From Daphnia carinata (taxonomy: Eukaryota), in contig NC_081331.1 of assembly GCF_022539665.2 (NCBI RefSeq), positions 9,486,001-9,550,000 on the forward strand: 64,000 bases of DNA, written 5' to 3'. This document shows positions 37,400 to 51,512 of this stretch, in pieces. A program made the translations under genes and the position numbers. Position 1 is the first letter of the stretch, and each line of letters starts with the position of its first letter. Under the pieces are notes generated by a model. That model was not told where the DNA came from, made no database searches, and saw only the letters and a list, made by a program, of their open reading frames with translations.

Positions 37400-40283
37400 A
37401 TGATGGAACCCATGATTGCAATGTCATCCCACAGAGAGCATGTTCATAGGTTACCAAGTCTGAACAATCTTTTGGAATCGGAGGTCATCTTGGGTGAAGA
37501 TGAAGGGACATCTTCCTGTGATGGGGAAGATAGTGAAATGCATTCTGCGTTGGAAGATCTCAGTGAGACTAACACAGCTGATCTCAAGTTCCATGACTGT
37601 AGCCTGTCTTCTAGTATTGCCGATTCAGCTGTCATGACTGATCAAGAACTTCAGCCAGACATGAGCAGACTCTCTCTTTCACAATCCTACTATAAACCTG
37701 AAGAAGAAATGAACAGACTTCCACTTTCTCAGTCTTACTACAAACCAGAAGAGCCTTCCATGACTAGAAGTATGTTGCCCAGGAGTAACAGTACTCTGTC
37801 AAACCGAACGTCTTCCAGCTCCAGATCTAGAGACCAGCAAAGACTGGTGGCGCCTCGTCTAAGCTATGCTGATAATGGTAGCTCAGGCAGCAAGGGTCGA
37901 TATTCTTCACCCTCTCCTTTTGCAACACGGCGGACTGTATCTGTATCAGGTCCGAATAGCCAGCCTACTACTCCGTCTACGTTACGGAAACCTCCTACGT
38001 GTTCTCCAACTTCCACGCGACCTGCAGTTCCACCTAAACCGATTGGCCTAACCCGTCAGCCATCCACACTAAAGGCGAAAACCCCCGAGAGTCCAATGAC
38101 GCCAAGACGCAGTAGCAGCGTCCTTTCCACCACAACCTCTCCAACAGCAAAGTCGTTTGTAGCCTCTGGGAAACAGCCTTCGGTTATTCGAACCAACAAA
38201 CCAGTGACGCCCACCAAGCCTTTGACACCTCCTAAGCGAACAGACGAAAGATTCGCAACCCTAGGTCGTCGACCCAAACTCAGTTCACCGGTTATATCGA
38301 CTTCGATGAGTGGAGGCACGTCCATGGAGATTACCGCAGCTGCTCGTGAAACTAAAGCCGCCGCAGACAAATTCGCTACTTTGCCTAGGCGAAAAATAAC
38401 AAAGGATCGGCCATGTCTTCCAAAACCACAACGAGAACCGGAACCGTTTTCCCGGATGGACGGTAATGCCACGCTACCACGTCCGATGAAGAAAGTGAGC
38501 AGCCCAACTTTGCCTGGTCCAATTATGAAGCCCCGGACGGTGATTTACATGGAGAAATCTGCTCAAACAGAGATGTCTCATAAGGATGTCAGGGAGGGTC
38601 TAGAGGCCTGTCATAAACTTCGCAGTTTATCCTGGCAACAGCAGAACAATGAAGAAGCTCGTCAGCTGGAGCGAATGCTTATGCAGGTATACTCTTACTT
38701 CATACAATGAAATTCATTCACCGTACTAAACTACTGTCCCATTTCAGAGCAAAGAGGAAGCTGAAATGCTCCAACAAGAGCTGGACGAAGAACGTGAAGA
38801 ACGTCAAATAGTTCAACGAGAACTGGAAAAAACAACTCAACGTGTAGCTGCAATGCTTGATTCTATGGAGGGTGTCGAAAGAGAATTTCATACACGCGGT
38901 GATTCTCTCATCCATCTTGAGACTAATCTTCAGACGTCGTCGCAAACGATTTCCGCTTTGCAAGAGCAGTTAGAGGCTCAGGATGCGGCGCTGCTCGCGC
39001 AACGTTTAGAGCTCAACCGAAGTTTGCAATCTGAGAAGGCACTTTTGCAGCAGATCCAAGAAAACGAATCAGAGAGCCGTGAGATGATGGAATTTTTGCA
39101 AGCAGAGAAACTTACCTTGCATGACGCCGTTCGTGACTCTGAATCCGAAATGGGGTTGCTAAAATCCCAACTTGAGGATTCCCAACGACTCTTGTTGCTT
39201 AAAGAAGAAGAATGCCAACATTTGGTTCGATTGGCCGAGCAGAGGCGACATGAGCTGGCTGCTTTGCAAGCTGACTTGAAGGGAGCTGAAGGTCGCACTG
39301 GCTCTGTGCTTTTGGCTCAAGGAGCTCAGCTTTCGGCCGCCGCTCTGGCGTTGGTAAAGCTTCATTCACGCATGGATGGTATTCTACAAATCATTTTGCA
39401 AAGCCATGCCCTACCCGCTGCTGAATTAGAAGCGCTTGTCTTCCCCAACGAGGCTTATCGGGACGACAAACCAAATATCCCAGCAATGGAATTTACGAAT
39501 TTAATTGAATTCTCCCCAACGGCTAATGCTGTAGAACTGGATGTAAACGAGACCGAAACTTTGACAACGCCAGAGCAAACGCAGCCGATTCAGCGGCTAG
39601 TTGGAAGCACCAGCCTACAAGTATTACCCTTAAACAGTTATATTTGTGTGAGCAGCAACTGAATTTATTGAATTAGGACCTGAGTGACGCCATCAATCTC
39701 ACCCGTCGTCGGCCTCCTGAAGGCCGAGAAGAACCCAACCCGGTAGTAGATGAAGAATTACGACTTGCTGCTTCACTGGTCGACCAAATTGACGAAGCTG
39801 ACCACGTTCTATCAAAACTGTTGCGAGTTGTACGACGCTTGATTTTGGACAAGGATTCTACCCTGCAGCAACTAAGCGACGAAAAGTATGTCAATTCTCC
39901 ATTTGCTTCTTCCATGACGTTTAAATTTATGTACTTAACAATTTAATTATTTGCATAGAGAACAACTGTTAGCAAGTCTTAGCGCTCAAACTGTCGCTCT
40001 GTTAGAGGCAAAGGAGGAACTGAATAAGCTGCGAAAAGCAGGAGAAGAAGTTGAACCAATAACGATGGAAAAGGTCGTTGACTTAGGTTCCTATTGCAGC
40101 CGCTGGAATGATCTCTCTGCTCGGCCAGATGCTCAAGTGTGCTGGTCAAAATCCGTCTCGCAAGTGTTGGAAACATTGCCGATAGATATTTTGCACGCCC
40201 ACCCGGCCTTGCAGCAACTTTTACATAAATTGATTTCCAACTTTGATGATGAACACGATCCTAACGCCAATGGTTCGGGCTAA
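37400..40283 (+). CDS. Ser/Pro/Thr-rich plus long coiled-coil protein, toucan/SPAG5(Astrin)-like microtubule-associated protein (897 aa)
   Basis: Exons 37400-38686, 38748-39620, 39677-39885, 39959-40283 in frame; probable 5'UTR exon ending at 35510 (gtaagt). Basic S/P/T region followed by coiled coil with EMMEFLQAEK, CQHLVRLAEQRR, LAQGAQLSAAALAL. Gene model is solid; family assignment is from memory. Confidence 0.65.
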
Positions 40284-40601
40284 AAATATCCTAAACAGCT
40301 TCCAAGTATTAATATGAAAGAATCTCCGTTTATATTTTTTCTTACCCACAAGTAAAAAATTTCTTTTCGCCAAGTAACTGACCGTTTAGAATTCAACTAC
40401 AAGACGTATCATTTATGTTTTTCATTTTGTTTTGACTTGAAAATACAAACGTGTGGTTATTTCTGACCAAGACCCTTTTTAAAATCTATACTGTAACCAA
40501 TGCTATCAAATTCCATTTGGTAATTGCACACAAGAAATGAAAAAGCGCAACAAAGGACGTCATTAATGAGAACCTAATAACCGCATCAATGAAAACAGTC
40601 A

Positions 40602-41657
40602 TTATTTTGGAAGCATGCATGATGTCGCATCCTTCTGACAGTTTGGATACTCTTTCAGTAAAGAATCGTTCAGATCTGCTTCTTGGGCACAAGCGCAACG
40701 AATTTTTTTTGAATCGGCCGAGTAAAGAGAACGAGGAAATCCTACCCAGTCTCTTTGAATACCACCACTATGTAGAAAAAAAGGATGTCATTTAAGAAAG
40801 CAAATATGTGAGTACTATTCAAGTGGTTAAGGTTTACCTCTTCGTTGAACACCATACGCGAGAGCCTTCTTCTGGTTTGTACTCTATATTACACATCGGA
40901 AACTTTTCCTTAAACAAATCCTCATCTTCTTTATGATTGGAAGCCTCTTTAATCCATTGCTGAGCATTATGATAATATTCAGTTGTTTTCCCATCAGCAT
41001 CATAAAATAGCCCTTGCAGTTTACCTACAAAAATCTTTGTGCTAGTTGTCAAACATGCATCATTTTTATAAGCTTTTAGTTACCAATGTACTGATAATCT
41101 TTCATGTAAAAATCCAACCAGTCTCGAAGCCCTATATAATCTTGGTCTCCCAGTCCAGCAATATCGTCAATCAAACCTTCAGGTTTAAAATCACCAGTAA
41201 CAAAGGCCCGGGAACCATCAACTCCTATATGAACACAACAAAAAGGTAATGTAACAATCACGTAGATTTTAATATTAAATGTTTCCTTACCACTGAAAAA
41301 GGCATAGCCACCACCTGGACCATAATAATCTCTTCCTCTGGTGACATCAAACACTCTGCCCATTAGTGCAAGATAAATGTCACCACCATTTTCACCTTTA
41401 TATTTTGCTAACTCTTCTTTTGTGAAGATTCTAGTAGGTTCTGCAAGTTCTGGAGATCCATTTTTAGAGCTAGCATCTTCAACTTTAGAATTTGTAGCTT
41501 TTCCTGCATGGAACCATTCGAATAATGACACTAATGCAGGGAACTTGGCTGCAAAATCATGGATATCTTTTGTATTATATATCAAGTTTGGCTGGTACCA
41601 CGCAATCACAGATGCAAGGAGAAGTACAGCTAAAGACAACTTCACTAGCTTGTTCAT
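40602..41657 (-). CDS. CYB5D2: Neuferricin (cytochrome b5 domain-containing protein 2, MAPR family), 286 aa
   Basis: Exons 41657-41291, 41224-41084, 41024-40838, 40767-40602. Signal/TM N-terminus, FTKEELAKYKG, IYLALMGRVFDVTRGRDYYGPGGGYAFFSGVDGSRAFVTGDF, and C-terminal FPMCNIEY..VWCSTKSGGIQRDWVGFPR..RCAC. Confidence 0.93.
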
Positions 41658-42311
41658 CTTCCTTACTGCTAGTCCAGAAACTGCGACTCGCTATCTCACT
41701 TCAATTCGAGATACAAACACGAGGTTAGATTATTTCGCTATCCCCTTTCACGGGCCGCAGGCGGTACAGACGTTGATAACACCACAAGAAAAACAAGATT
41801 TTTTGACGTTAGTGGAAGCCGTTGCCATGACGATGATCAGTCCCGGCCGTTCTAAAGGGCAGTTCTAAAGAGAAGTAAACCAAAAAAGCAAAAATCAAAT
41901 TATTTTTCTTAAATTCGATTAGAGAATATTTAAAAAAAAATGTTATTGATGCGAATGAACGGGGCAGGTGGTAAAAAATGAATAAATACTTTTTAACTTT
42001 TTTACGTAATCAGAAATTAGCTAAGCACACAAACGACAGCAGATGGCAGTGAAAGCCAATAAACACAGAACAACTGAACAAGTCGCTTTAACAAAAATGG
42101 CAGCAAGAATTATTAATCGTCATTATCAAACCGGAAAGTAAATACTGTCGTTGCCAGTACACGTGTTGAGTGTCAAGGTAGAGGCTTGTTTCTTACAAAT
42201 TATAGGTTTATTGTATTCTTCAAATTAAATAAGTAGAAGCATTCCTGTGAAATGATCTCATATTGATAATAGATTGAAGTAAAGCGAAATCAGCAAAATA
42301 TCGTGAATAAA
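41658..42311. promoter_or_regulatory. Divergent (head-to-head) promoter region of neuferricin and IBTK
   Basis: 654 bp between opposite-facing ATGs; X-box-like GTTGCCATGACGAT at 41821. Confidence 0.6.
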
Positions 42312-45300
42312 ATGTGGGAAGAATGTACTACGAAATGTTGTTCAAGAAAACATGCAGACAATATATTTTCTGCCATTCTTGCTGGCAATCAATATGAAGA
42401 AATGGCTGTAAAGCTGTTGCCAACCTGCTCTAATATAGCAACCAACAAAGACTCTTTTGGAAGAACTGGCTTGCAAATTGCAGCGTCATTTGGAAGAATG
42501 AAAATTCTGCTTTGGTTGTGTTCTCATGAGGCCCACATCCATTCTAAAGATGAAGAATCTGGATACTCAGCATTACATAGATCCTTCTATTTTGGTCAGC
42601 TGCAGGCTGGCAGAGCATTGTTACAGAATAATGCCAGTTTGTTCCAACCACTAGACAATGACAATATGTCCCCATTTGACCACCTAATCCAAGATAGATC
42701 AGATTTTGAAGCACATGATCCAAAGCACCCTTGTGAAGCTTATGTATGGGGATCAAACTGTAATTTTGGTATGGGGACTTGAGTACTGTATGTGTGCATT
42801 TGTACACAATATTGACCTTGTGTTTGTATAGGACTTGGGAAGCAACTAAGTCCAGAAGCCCCAGAGCTGCTGGATGCATTTCCAAAAGGAAGTGGTGGTA
42901 TTAAACAAGTCACAATGAACAAATTTCATTCAGTTTTTGTGACCACATCAGGACAAGCTTTCTCCTGTGGCATTGGTCAAGGGGGCAAGTTAGGGCTTGG
43001 ATCAGAAGCCACTGTGATAATTCCACAAAAAATTAGTTTAGAAGCTGAGAACTGCATAAATAATAGAACTAAAAAGTCAACAGTTATACTGGAAGCTGCA
43101 TTGGGAACACACCATACAATCCTTTTAACTGAGACAGGGAATGTGAGTTAGATTTTTCTTTTCTTTTTTTTTTATCTTAATTACGAAGTTTGTTAGATTC
43201 GTATTAAAATGTATCTACGTTGTATTTTGCTTAATCCATATTTTGCAGGTTTTGTCCTTTGGTGTTAATACGTATCACCAAGTAAGTATTGAAGTTATTT
43301 CTGGTCAAATATATTAAACTTATTCTTTAAATCTCCATCAGCTGGGCCACAATCCACCCCCGTCTCAACTGGTGACTCCTAAAGTTCTTAGCCGTTTTGA
43401 GGATAAAAGCAACGGAGTCACGATTAAGGGTATCTGCGCCAGTCGATATCATTCAGTTTTTTGGTGTTCAAACAATGTGTACACCTGTGGTCTTAATGCC
43501 GGAGCACTCGGGCATAACAAAGGCGAAAAAACAATCACGACACCTAAACGAGTAAAAGACATTTTTATTACGTAGACGCCCTTTTTGATGACAATGATCT
43601 AAGGCAACTTCTTTCTTGTTCTAGGTTCCACTGTTATCAGAACAAGTGCCCACAGTCACACACGTGGCGGCGTCTGATGGCGCAACTGCAATCGCCACAG
43701 CAAGCGGGCACGTGTATGTTTTACACGAATATCAATGTCGTAAAATCGCTTCAAAGTAATTTTTTTAAAATAATTTCAAAGCGTCTTTTATTAACGTCGA
43801 TTTAATGTTTTACTAGGCAGTATGATTTAGCAAAAATAGTAATGAGTGGTGGTAAATTGGATTTTTCACAAGAAGATTTGGTAGTTGAAAATATTGCATT
43901 TCAGGTAGTTCCCGAAGTATTACTAATTACTATAGCTTTTTACAAATGCTATAACTGGCCACTATAAACGTACATCCAGGTACTTCTTTTAACGAAGAGT
44001 GGGAAGGTCTTTGTCTGGTCTCAGACAAATCCTGTGCTTACAAGGTATTAAAAAAGTCTTTGTGTAGTAATGTTTACGTCTACAGTGTTTAATGCCCCCT
44101 CACAATACTCGTTTAGGTGCACTTTCCGTGGAAGCCCCTTTTGCATTATGAAAGATATTGCGCTGTTCAAAAATTCCCTGGCGTTTGTTAACCGAGAAGG
44201 TGAAGCTTTTGTAGGTGCTATAGCAAACACGTCACCTGGTAAACGGAAAGTGGAAGCGCAGTCTACGGTTGAGCAAATAAGTACGCGGATAGAATTTCTC
44301 AAGCGAGAACAATTCGTTCAAATTCATATCCAGAGGATACCTGGAATTCATCGCGCTACCAGTATCGCGTGTGATCCGACTGGCAAAAATTTCGCCGTGA
44401 CCCAGGTGTGTCCATCAGTGCATTAAATAATTATTTTCTCTAAATAAATCCCATTGCTTTCGTAGATTAAACCTACCGCTCCCATGCAAAATATTGCTCA
44501 AGTTCGCGTACTCTCTTCTCAATTAAAAGAAGATTTGAAGCAGCTTTTTCTTGATGCCGATTGGTTTGATCGCATCCACGATATTGTTTTTGATGTGGGG
44601 TCAAAGAAATTTGCGGCACATCGTTTTATTTTGGCCGTGAATTGCAGTGCATTCTATCAGAAAGTGTGTGGCTCGTCAAGGTCTTTGGAAAGTGATAACA
44701 GAACTTTCCACATAACCGATGTTCCGGCGGAAGTTTTTGGATTGATTTTGGAATTTATTTATACTGGGACTTGCGCCATCTTCGAGAAGGATATTGCTGC
44801 ATGGAACTTATCTTTTTTACATTCTAAAGAATGTATGCATCAATATATTTCTACTGGTAATGACCCAAATATGGCCCATCAAAAGATAATCAATGATGGG
44901 GAGAACGCAGATGATCGGGGAGGCCCTTGGCGTCTTCTCCGAACGGTACAATTCCATGCAAAAAATCTTGGCGTCCGTAAATTGGCAGAAATACTGGAAA
45001 AGGTATAAATTCTAGGAAGACAAAAGATATAAAAAATGCTTATTGGTTGGACGACTAAAGAATCGTTGGCAATATGTTTTTAGGCCCATATAGCAAACAG
45101 CGGTGTGGTTCGCAATGACCACTTTTTGCTTCAACCGAAACAGTGGAATCGATTATCTGGAGAAACTTTCTACGATGTTAAGCTATTCAGTGTTGACGGA
45201 AAAGAATTTAATGCACACCGAGTTGTTTTGGCTGCTCGATCAGACTATTTCCGGAGCATGTTCAGTTATGTCTGGCTTGAGGTAAACATGTCTTTATCGA

Positions 45301-47047
45301 AATTGTTTTTATCGATGGCTAATTTAATTTATTTCAAGTTTAGAGCGAGATTTCCAAAGAAATTCGTCTTCCTATTCATTCGGTTATTCTCGAAGTTATT
45401 CTAGAATATCTCTATGAGGATAAAGCCTCCAAGATAGAAAAATCTGAAGATGTGGATTGGATAGGTAATTGCTTAGTATCAGCTGATCTCCTGCTGATTC
45501 CTCGTCTGGTTTCTATATGCGAGTCCTCGCTTGCCGGTTTACTTGCAATCAAGAACGTTGCAAAAATGCTCGAGTTTGCCACAATGTATAACGCTGTTCA
45601 GCTCAAAGTTTCATGCATGTATTTCATGTGCTACAACCTACCAGCTGTCGTGGAGTTGAGGTATTTCATCGTAGTCAATTAAAAATGCAATGTTACTATT
45701 TTACCTTTGAATTAATAGGATATGGAATTGCCTTGATGAAGAAGTGATGAAAAATCTGACGGATTTCTACCATCAGTTCAATCCCAGAGTCCGTTCCCGT
45801 GTTCCAACGCCGACAATGCACAAAAAACTCACTGAAGACAATTTTGATATTCACTCGATCACGGAATCTTTCGCAGATGTTACACTGTCTTCCTTTAAAC
45901 GCGAACCAGAAGCCAAAAAGAAAAAATTGCGTAAAAAATCGGGGAAAAAAGGTGTTGAAGTGAAAGACCATCATCAGCCCCCTGTGGAATCGACGGAGTT
46001 AACGAGTAATATAAAACCGATTGTTGACAATGCCGCATCCCTGAAAAAAGAAGGCTGGCTTAAGGTGCGCGACACACTGAAACCAGTTTTGAAAACTAAA
46101 AAACCTTTACACACTTTTCAAACAGGTGGACAAATCAAAAAAGCGGAACAAGTCTCTAAATCAAGAAACTCTGCCAGCAGAACCGACCCCGAGTTCATCT
46201 CCGCCCAAAAGCCAAATCCCAGATAAGAGTAACACGATGCTTGGTGTACGATCCAAGGAGTTTGCAGGCAATATCAAAGGATCCCCAAATTCGACAGAAC
46301 GGACAAGGGCTTTTTCTTCTAGTGAAAGTGGGGGAACCCCCGAAAAGCAAAATAACTTGACCCTATTCGAAATGGCTACGACCGTGTTTCAGACAGCTAC
46401 CAATTCGCCGGAAAATGAGAAAAACAAAAAATTTCGAAAGTTATCGCAGAAGCAAAGAAAACTACAGGAAACCCATGCTGTTGCAGCTACTGCAAATGGT
46501 TCACCTTGGAAATCCTTAGACTCTTTTGTCGGCACTAACGGAAAAGAAATTATCTGTGGTTCAGCGGAGAACGAAAAATCCGCTGCACATTCTGAAGATT
46601 CTCTTAAGACTCCTACCAAAATCCAAAGTGTTTGGGGCAGTCCAGAGAAAACAAACAATATTTCGAAAAGCGAAGTTCCAGAAGGCGAGGAAAATTCCCT
46701 GCCGTTGCAACGTATAATTGCCAAAGAGAAGCTTCAGAGGAAAAATCTGATTAAAATTAGTACAAAACCTTTAAGATTAACTCTGGTAAGCTAATGTAAT
46801 TTTTATCGTTGATATTGTGGAAACGAGCGTACATAATACCATGCCTTTTTTTCAGATTGAAGAAAAGGCCATTGAAGAATTGGCAAAATTTTATGGCGCC
46901 GACCAAATTGACGATGAATTCATCGTGGTGGAGAGAATATTACCCTTAGCGCCAGCTGTTCCTATCTGGTCTAGTGGAAAAGACAATAAGTCAACTAAAC
47001 AGAAACCCAAATTCCGAAGTTTTTCTATGTCCGAAAGCGGAATCTGA
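42312..47047 (+). CDS. IBTK: Inhibitor of Bruton tyrosine kinase (ankyrin + RCC1 + two BTB domains)
   Basis: About 14 coding exons. ECTTKCCSRKHA start, ankyrin DEESGYSALHRSFYFGQL, RCC1 repeats (YVWGSNCNFGLG; FSCGIGQGGKLGLG), BTBs (FAAHRFILA; FNAHRVVLAARSDYFRSMF), C-terminal IEEKAIEELAKFY..EFIVVER. Confidence 0.95.
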
Positions 47048-49972
47048 ACAAGGTACTCAGATTTAAAATCAATTTATTTTACTTGTACATAGAAACGAAC
47101 TGGGTTCATTATGTTGAAATGACAGTTTGGCTGCTATCTGTTGATTGTGATAAGTTAACATGACTGTCAGGATAGAAACCCCACCATGAATATGAATTTT
47201 TATGCTATGGTTTGGAAATTAGTGTAAATTTCGTCAGTTGTTGCAAACGCAAAGGATTTGCTTTTTGTTGAACCATGCGAGCAGAATGTGATGTTCACGA
47301 CATTTCTCGTTCATATTATTTGCGAATGTCACATGATATTGCAATTTGAAATGGAACCAACTGTTGCAGCAACCGTTATCAACGCCCTAGATCTTTTTAG
47401 TGAAAAATAAACATTTATGGATTAAAGGGGTATGGGTTTTAAAAATTGAAAGTTGGCTTGTAGTTGTTTTTTGTCGAACCCTTTTGGAATTATTTATAAG
47501 TTTTGCTCAAAACGTGTGGCTGAACATGCGAGAAAGTTAGAAAAAAAAATATGTTAGTGGAAATAACAGAAAAACAAATATTCACTTGAATTTTTGTGTA
47601 CCAAAGAAACGTTAGTTATTTCAGTACTATGGTAATGCCGAGGAATCTTAAGGCACGAGAACATAACTGGAAAATTCCATTCTAATTGTTCACATACTAA
47701 CAGCTGCAAACATGCAACAGCAAAATTCTACTAATTTACATCCATGGACGTAATCCTCGCACATCAGCTAAGAAAATACAGTTACTACCTTAATGCTGGA
47801 AAAGGGAACACATACAACTTAGACAACCACTTCAGCAAAATTCATGTGATGTTTATAAATATCTCTTTTTACATTTCCTGAATTACTGGTATTGGACTTC
47901 ATGGCCACATCTGCTATTTACTTAGGTCCAAATGTTTTGTGATCCATGCGAAACTACAGACAACTTTCCGCGTTCACTTTCTCCTTTCAATTTGTTTTTC
48001 GTAACCTTCTCTTTACCGTTAACTCCGAGTTTTCATTCAGATTTTTTGTTTGCAATGAAAAATCTAGTCAATTGTAGCATTGGTACACCGCTTTGAGATG
48101 AACAAATATCTTATCAGTCTAGAAGAAGTTCTTTCCGGAAGTCTTAATGAGAGAAATCACAGCTTCAAAATTCCGTAGATTACTCAAATGGCTGACGTTA
48201 TTCGCGTGGGAAATTTATATTTTTTTAAAGCTGGAAGCGGCACCTTTGCATCTTTAACTGATAGTTGCACTGGCGATGTGCAATTCGAATAATGTCTTAG
48301 AAGGCTATCAACTTGTTTTTTTCGAATGTATGTATATAAATGTGTTGACCCTGTCAAATCCACAAATCGTTTGTGGAAAATCTATAAATAATAATATCAA
48401 CATCATTGTTTTCTATTGTGATTTGGCATCTTTGTATCCGTTTCCGTTTACCCCCCTTTATTAACGTTTGTCACCCTCGGTGTTCGTTTGTTTCTTCACT
48501 ATATTGTGCGGGTCATTGTGCCGGTCAGTGCATGTTCACTGTATGTCTAGTATGTTCCATTCGATCTGTGCCTCCAGTTTCCCAATAGTAATCAGTGACC
48601 ACAACATGGTAGTTTTCTTTACGTTGTTCAAAGTCCCATACGTGTTAGTGTCTGTTCATTCAAAACTGTTCTCCAATTAGTAGTTTGATTTGGCATTACT
48701 ATCTTCATAGTCGCCATAGCCTGGTCTTATTTCATCGATATGAAGTTAACGACCTGATTTATGCACACTGAGTTTTAAATTTTGCCTACACCATCCGAAT
48801 GCTAATTAGTCGTGGAGACAAAAAAAAAACGTGTTATTTCGAACCTACCACGCTTTCCACATGGTTCCAATTTCGTAGTTCTTATTTATACAAAATGGTA
48901 AATAAAAAACAAGCAACATTTCACCGTGTTTGCCTTGGAAACCTAGCCAAGAATTGCAAATTGATTGGAATATTAAAAAACTTCCTTTAAGTTCCGTGCC
49001 TGCGTAATTCGTATCAAGTTAAACAAAAGCTTTTTGTTTAAAAGATTACGACGTTCACCGGAAAACCTAATGAAAATGCCACTAGTGGGATTTGAAGCGG
49101 CTAACATATTCGCATACCTGTTCATTAGTGCCTGTCTAATATTGTACACTTTCTATTTCTTAAATATCCGCCAAAACCTGATTGTTTAAAACTATCAAAT
49201 TCCCCGGCAGTATTTCCAGTCAACGGTCAGTAAATACGTCGTTCGTTGTAGTATCACCGTACATAGCGTTTCGGGTAAAACAGGCCACGTTTTCCTAATA
49301 AAACAACTGGAAATCACGATTGGATTATGGGTTTCAGATTGGCTGTTGATTTGGCAGGAAAGGCAAAACGAGGTTTTCCCCCCGAAAAACTTGTTTTTAA
49401 GTCACAATATTTCATTTGCCAACTGCAAGTAGGTTACATGTCTGGAACAACGCTAACTCGTTCAGCATACAACTTTTAGTTCGATGACAAAATTTACTTT
49501 CTTCATCATCGCACGAAACGTACCAGTTTTCGTTTTTTAAGTCAAGAATGAAACTGAAAGAGAAAAAAAACTATTCGCGTTTTGAGTGGTCACTCAACAA
49601 GTTACTTTCTTTTATTTCCGATTCTTGTTGTTATCTTGCCAGTACTTAAAGGCACAACTTCCACAAGACAATTTAGTATAAGCTCGTCAGAATTGTGGAG
49701 GTGACGTTGGAAAAGGTAAGCTTGTAAGGTGGCATATTTAAAAAATAGCTAATGATAACGTAGTAAAACAGTTAGCTGAGGACGTTTATAAAGGAAGCTT
49801 TAAATTGCAGTTTGAAAAGCGTGGTCTACATATATAAAAATGAAATGAAGCTTTTTCATGCGCTTCACGTTTGATTAACGTTTTTTTATGTTCTGTTGGA
49901 ATATTTTTTGCAACAGATTACCTGGTCAATGAGTATTGTGCCATCAGCTACAGCACAGCCTTTGAGAACAAT

Positions 49973-51512
49973 ATGCGAGCTTGGGTAAGATACAACACAA
50001 AGTGCAATTACAATATTTCATTAATGTTATTTTTCTCCGTAAAGGTACTACTTCCACTTTTAGTGGCCGCTGTTTTGTCAGCTCCACAGTATGGCGACCA
50101 AACAGTGCCAATCACCAGAGAACAATGGGCCTCTCTAAATCCATACGGCTCATCTGCGTCTTATCCGCCTGAAGAATATTCGACAATGAAAGAGTTGGAG
50201 AGGCAATGGGCCCGTTTTTATGACTACCTTCCATGGTTGACAGGACCTGCAGGGCCGTCCGGACCTGAGGGACCAGCAGGATCACCAGGTGCACCTGGAA
50301 TCGATGGATCTTATGGTTATCAACCTGAGCTCATTCCTGGCCCTCCTGGAGCACGCGGAGGACCAGGACCAGCAGGACCTAAAGGAGATACCGGTGCTCC
50401 AGGAGCTCCTGGCTATTCTGGAGGGCCTGGACCACAAGGTGTTGACGGTAAACCAGGAGCACCTGGCTCTCCTGGAGAGAAAGGAACCCCAGGGTACAAT
50501 GGCGCACCTGGAGCTCCTGGTAAACCAGGATCCAAGGGAGAGAAGGGAGGATCTGGCTATAATGGCGCACCTGGTCTGTCTGGTGGTCCCGGCCTCCCTG
50601 GCAAAAACGGCTACCCAGGAGGACCTGGACCTCAAGGATCAAAGGGTGATGCTGGTGCCCCAGGTTATACTATTCCTTCTGAGATTCCTGGCCCCTCTGG
50701 TGCTCCTGGCATCCCTGGAAAAGACGGAGCTCCAGGATATCCTGGTGGTCCTGGACCCGCTGGCCCAGTCGGTCCTTCTGGCCCACAGGGACCTAATGGC
50801 AAACCCGGTGCAAACGGCTTCCCCGGAGGACCTGGTCCTAAGGGTGAAGCAGGGCTGAACGGCCTTCCTGGCGCCCCTGGCAAGGACGGATATCCTGGTG
50901 CACCAAGCAAAATACCAGGTCCCGCGGGATCGGTGGGTCCAGCTGGAACTCCTGGTTCTAATGGCTCACCTGGCAAAGATGGTTTCCCAGGCGCCCCTGG
51001 TGCCCCTGGCAAAGATGGTTTAAATGGAACTCCTGGATATACAGGTAAAATCGTGCATTAAAAATAATATGTACATAATTTTAAATGCCGGAATTGAATA
51101 CGATTGTTATTATAAAGGTGCACCAGGTGAGCAAGGCATACCAGGTAAAGATGGTCTACCCGGCCCTGATGGAACTCCTGGCTCTTCTGGTGGACCAGGG
51201 CCAGTTGGACCACAAGGTAAAATAGGCTCTACTGGTTACCCTGGTGGGCCAGGTCCAATTGGACCTGTCGGCCCTGAAGGCCCAGCTGGTCCTCAAGGCA
51301 AAGCGGGAGCTACCGGTTTTCCCGGTGGTCCTGGCCCTGTTGGGCCAATCGGTTCCGTTGGACCCGTAGGACCTCAAGGCAGGCCAGGCTCTCCTGGTCA
51401 CCCAGGTCCTGTTGGACCTCAAGGACCAGCTGGTGGCTCTGGAAAATCTTACCCAACTTATGGCCACAATGCGCAAGTGCCGATCTATGGACCTCCTCGT
51501 CGTGGCTATTAA
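49973..51512 (+). CDS. Short secreted collagen-like protein (468 aa) without C-terminal NC1/COLFI domain
   Basis: Exons 49973-49984, 50045-51044, 51118-51512. Signal peptide [16 protein letters not shown], interrupted Gly-X-Y repeats, short Tyr-containing termini; TATA-like tatataaaaa at 49831. Confidence 0.92.
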
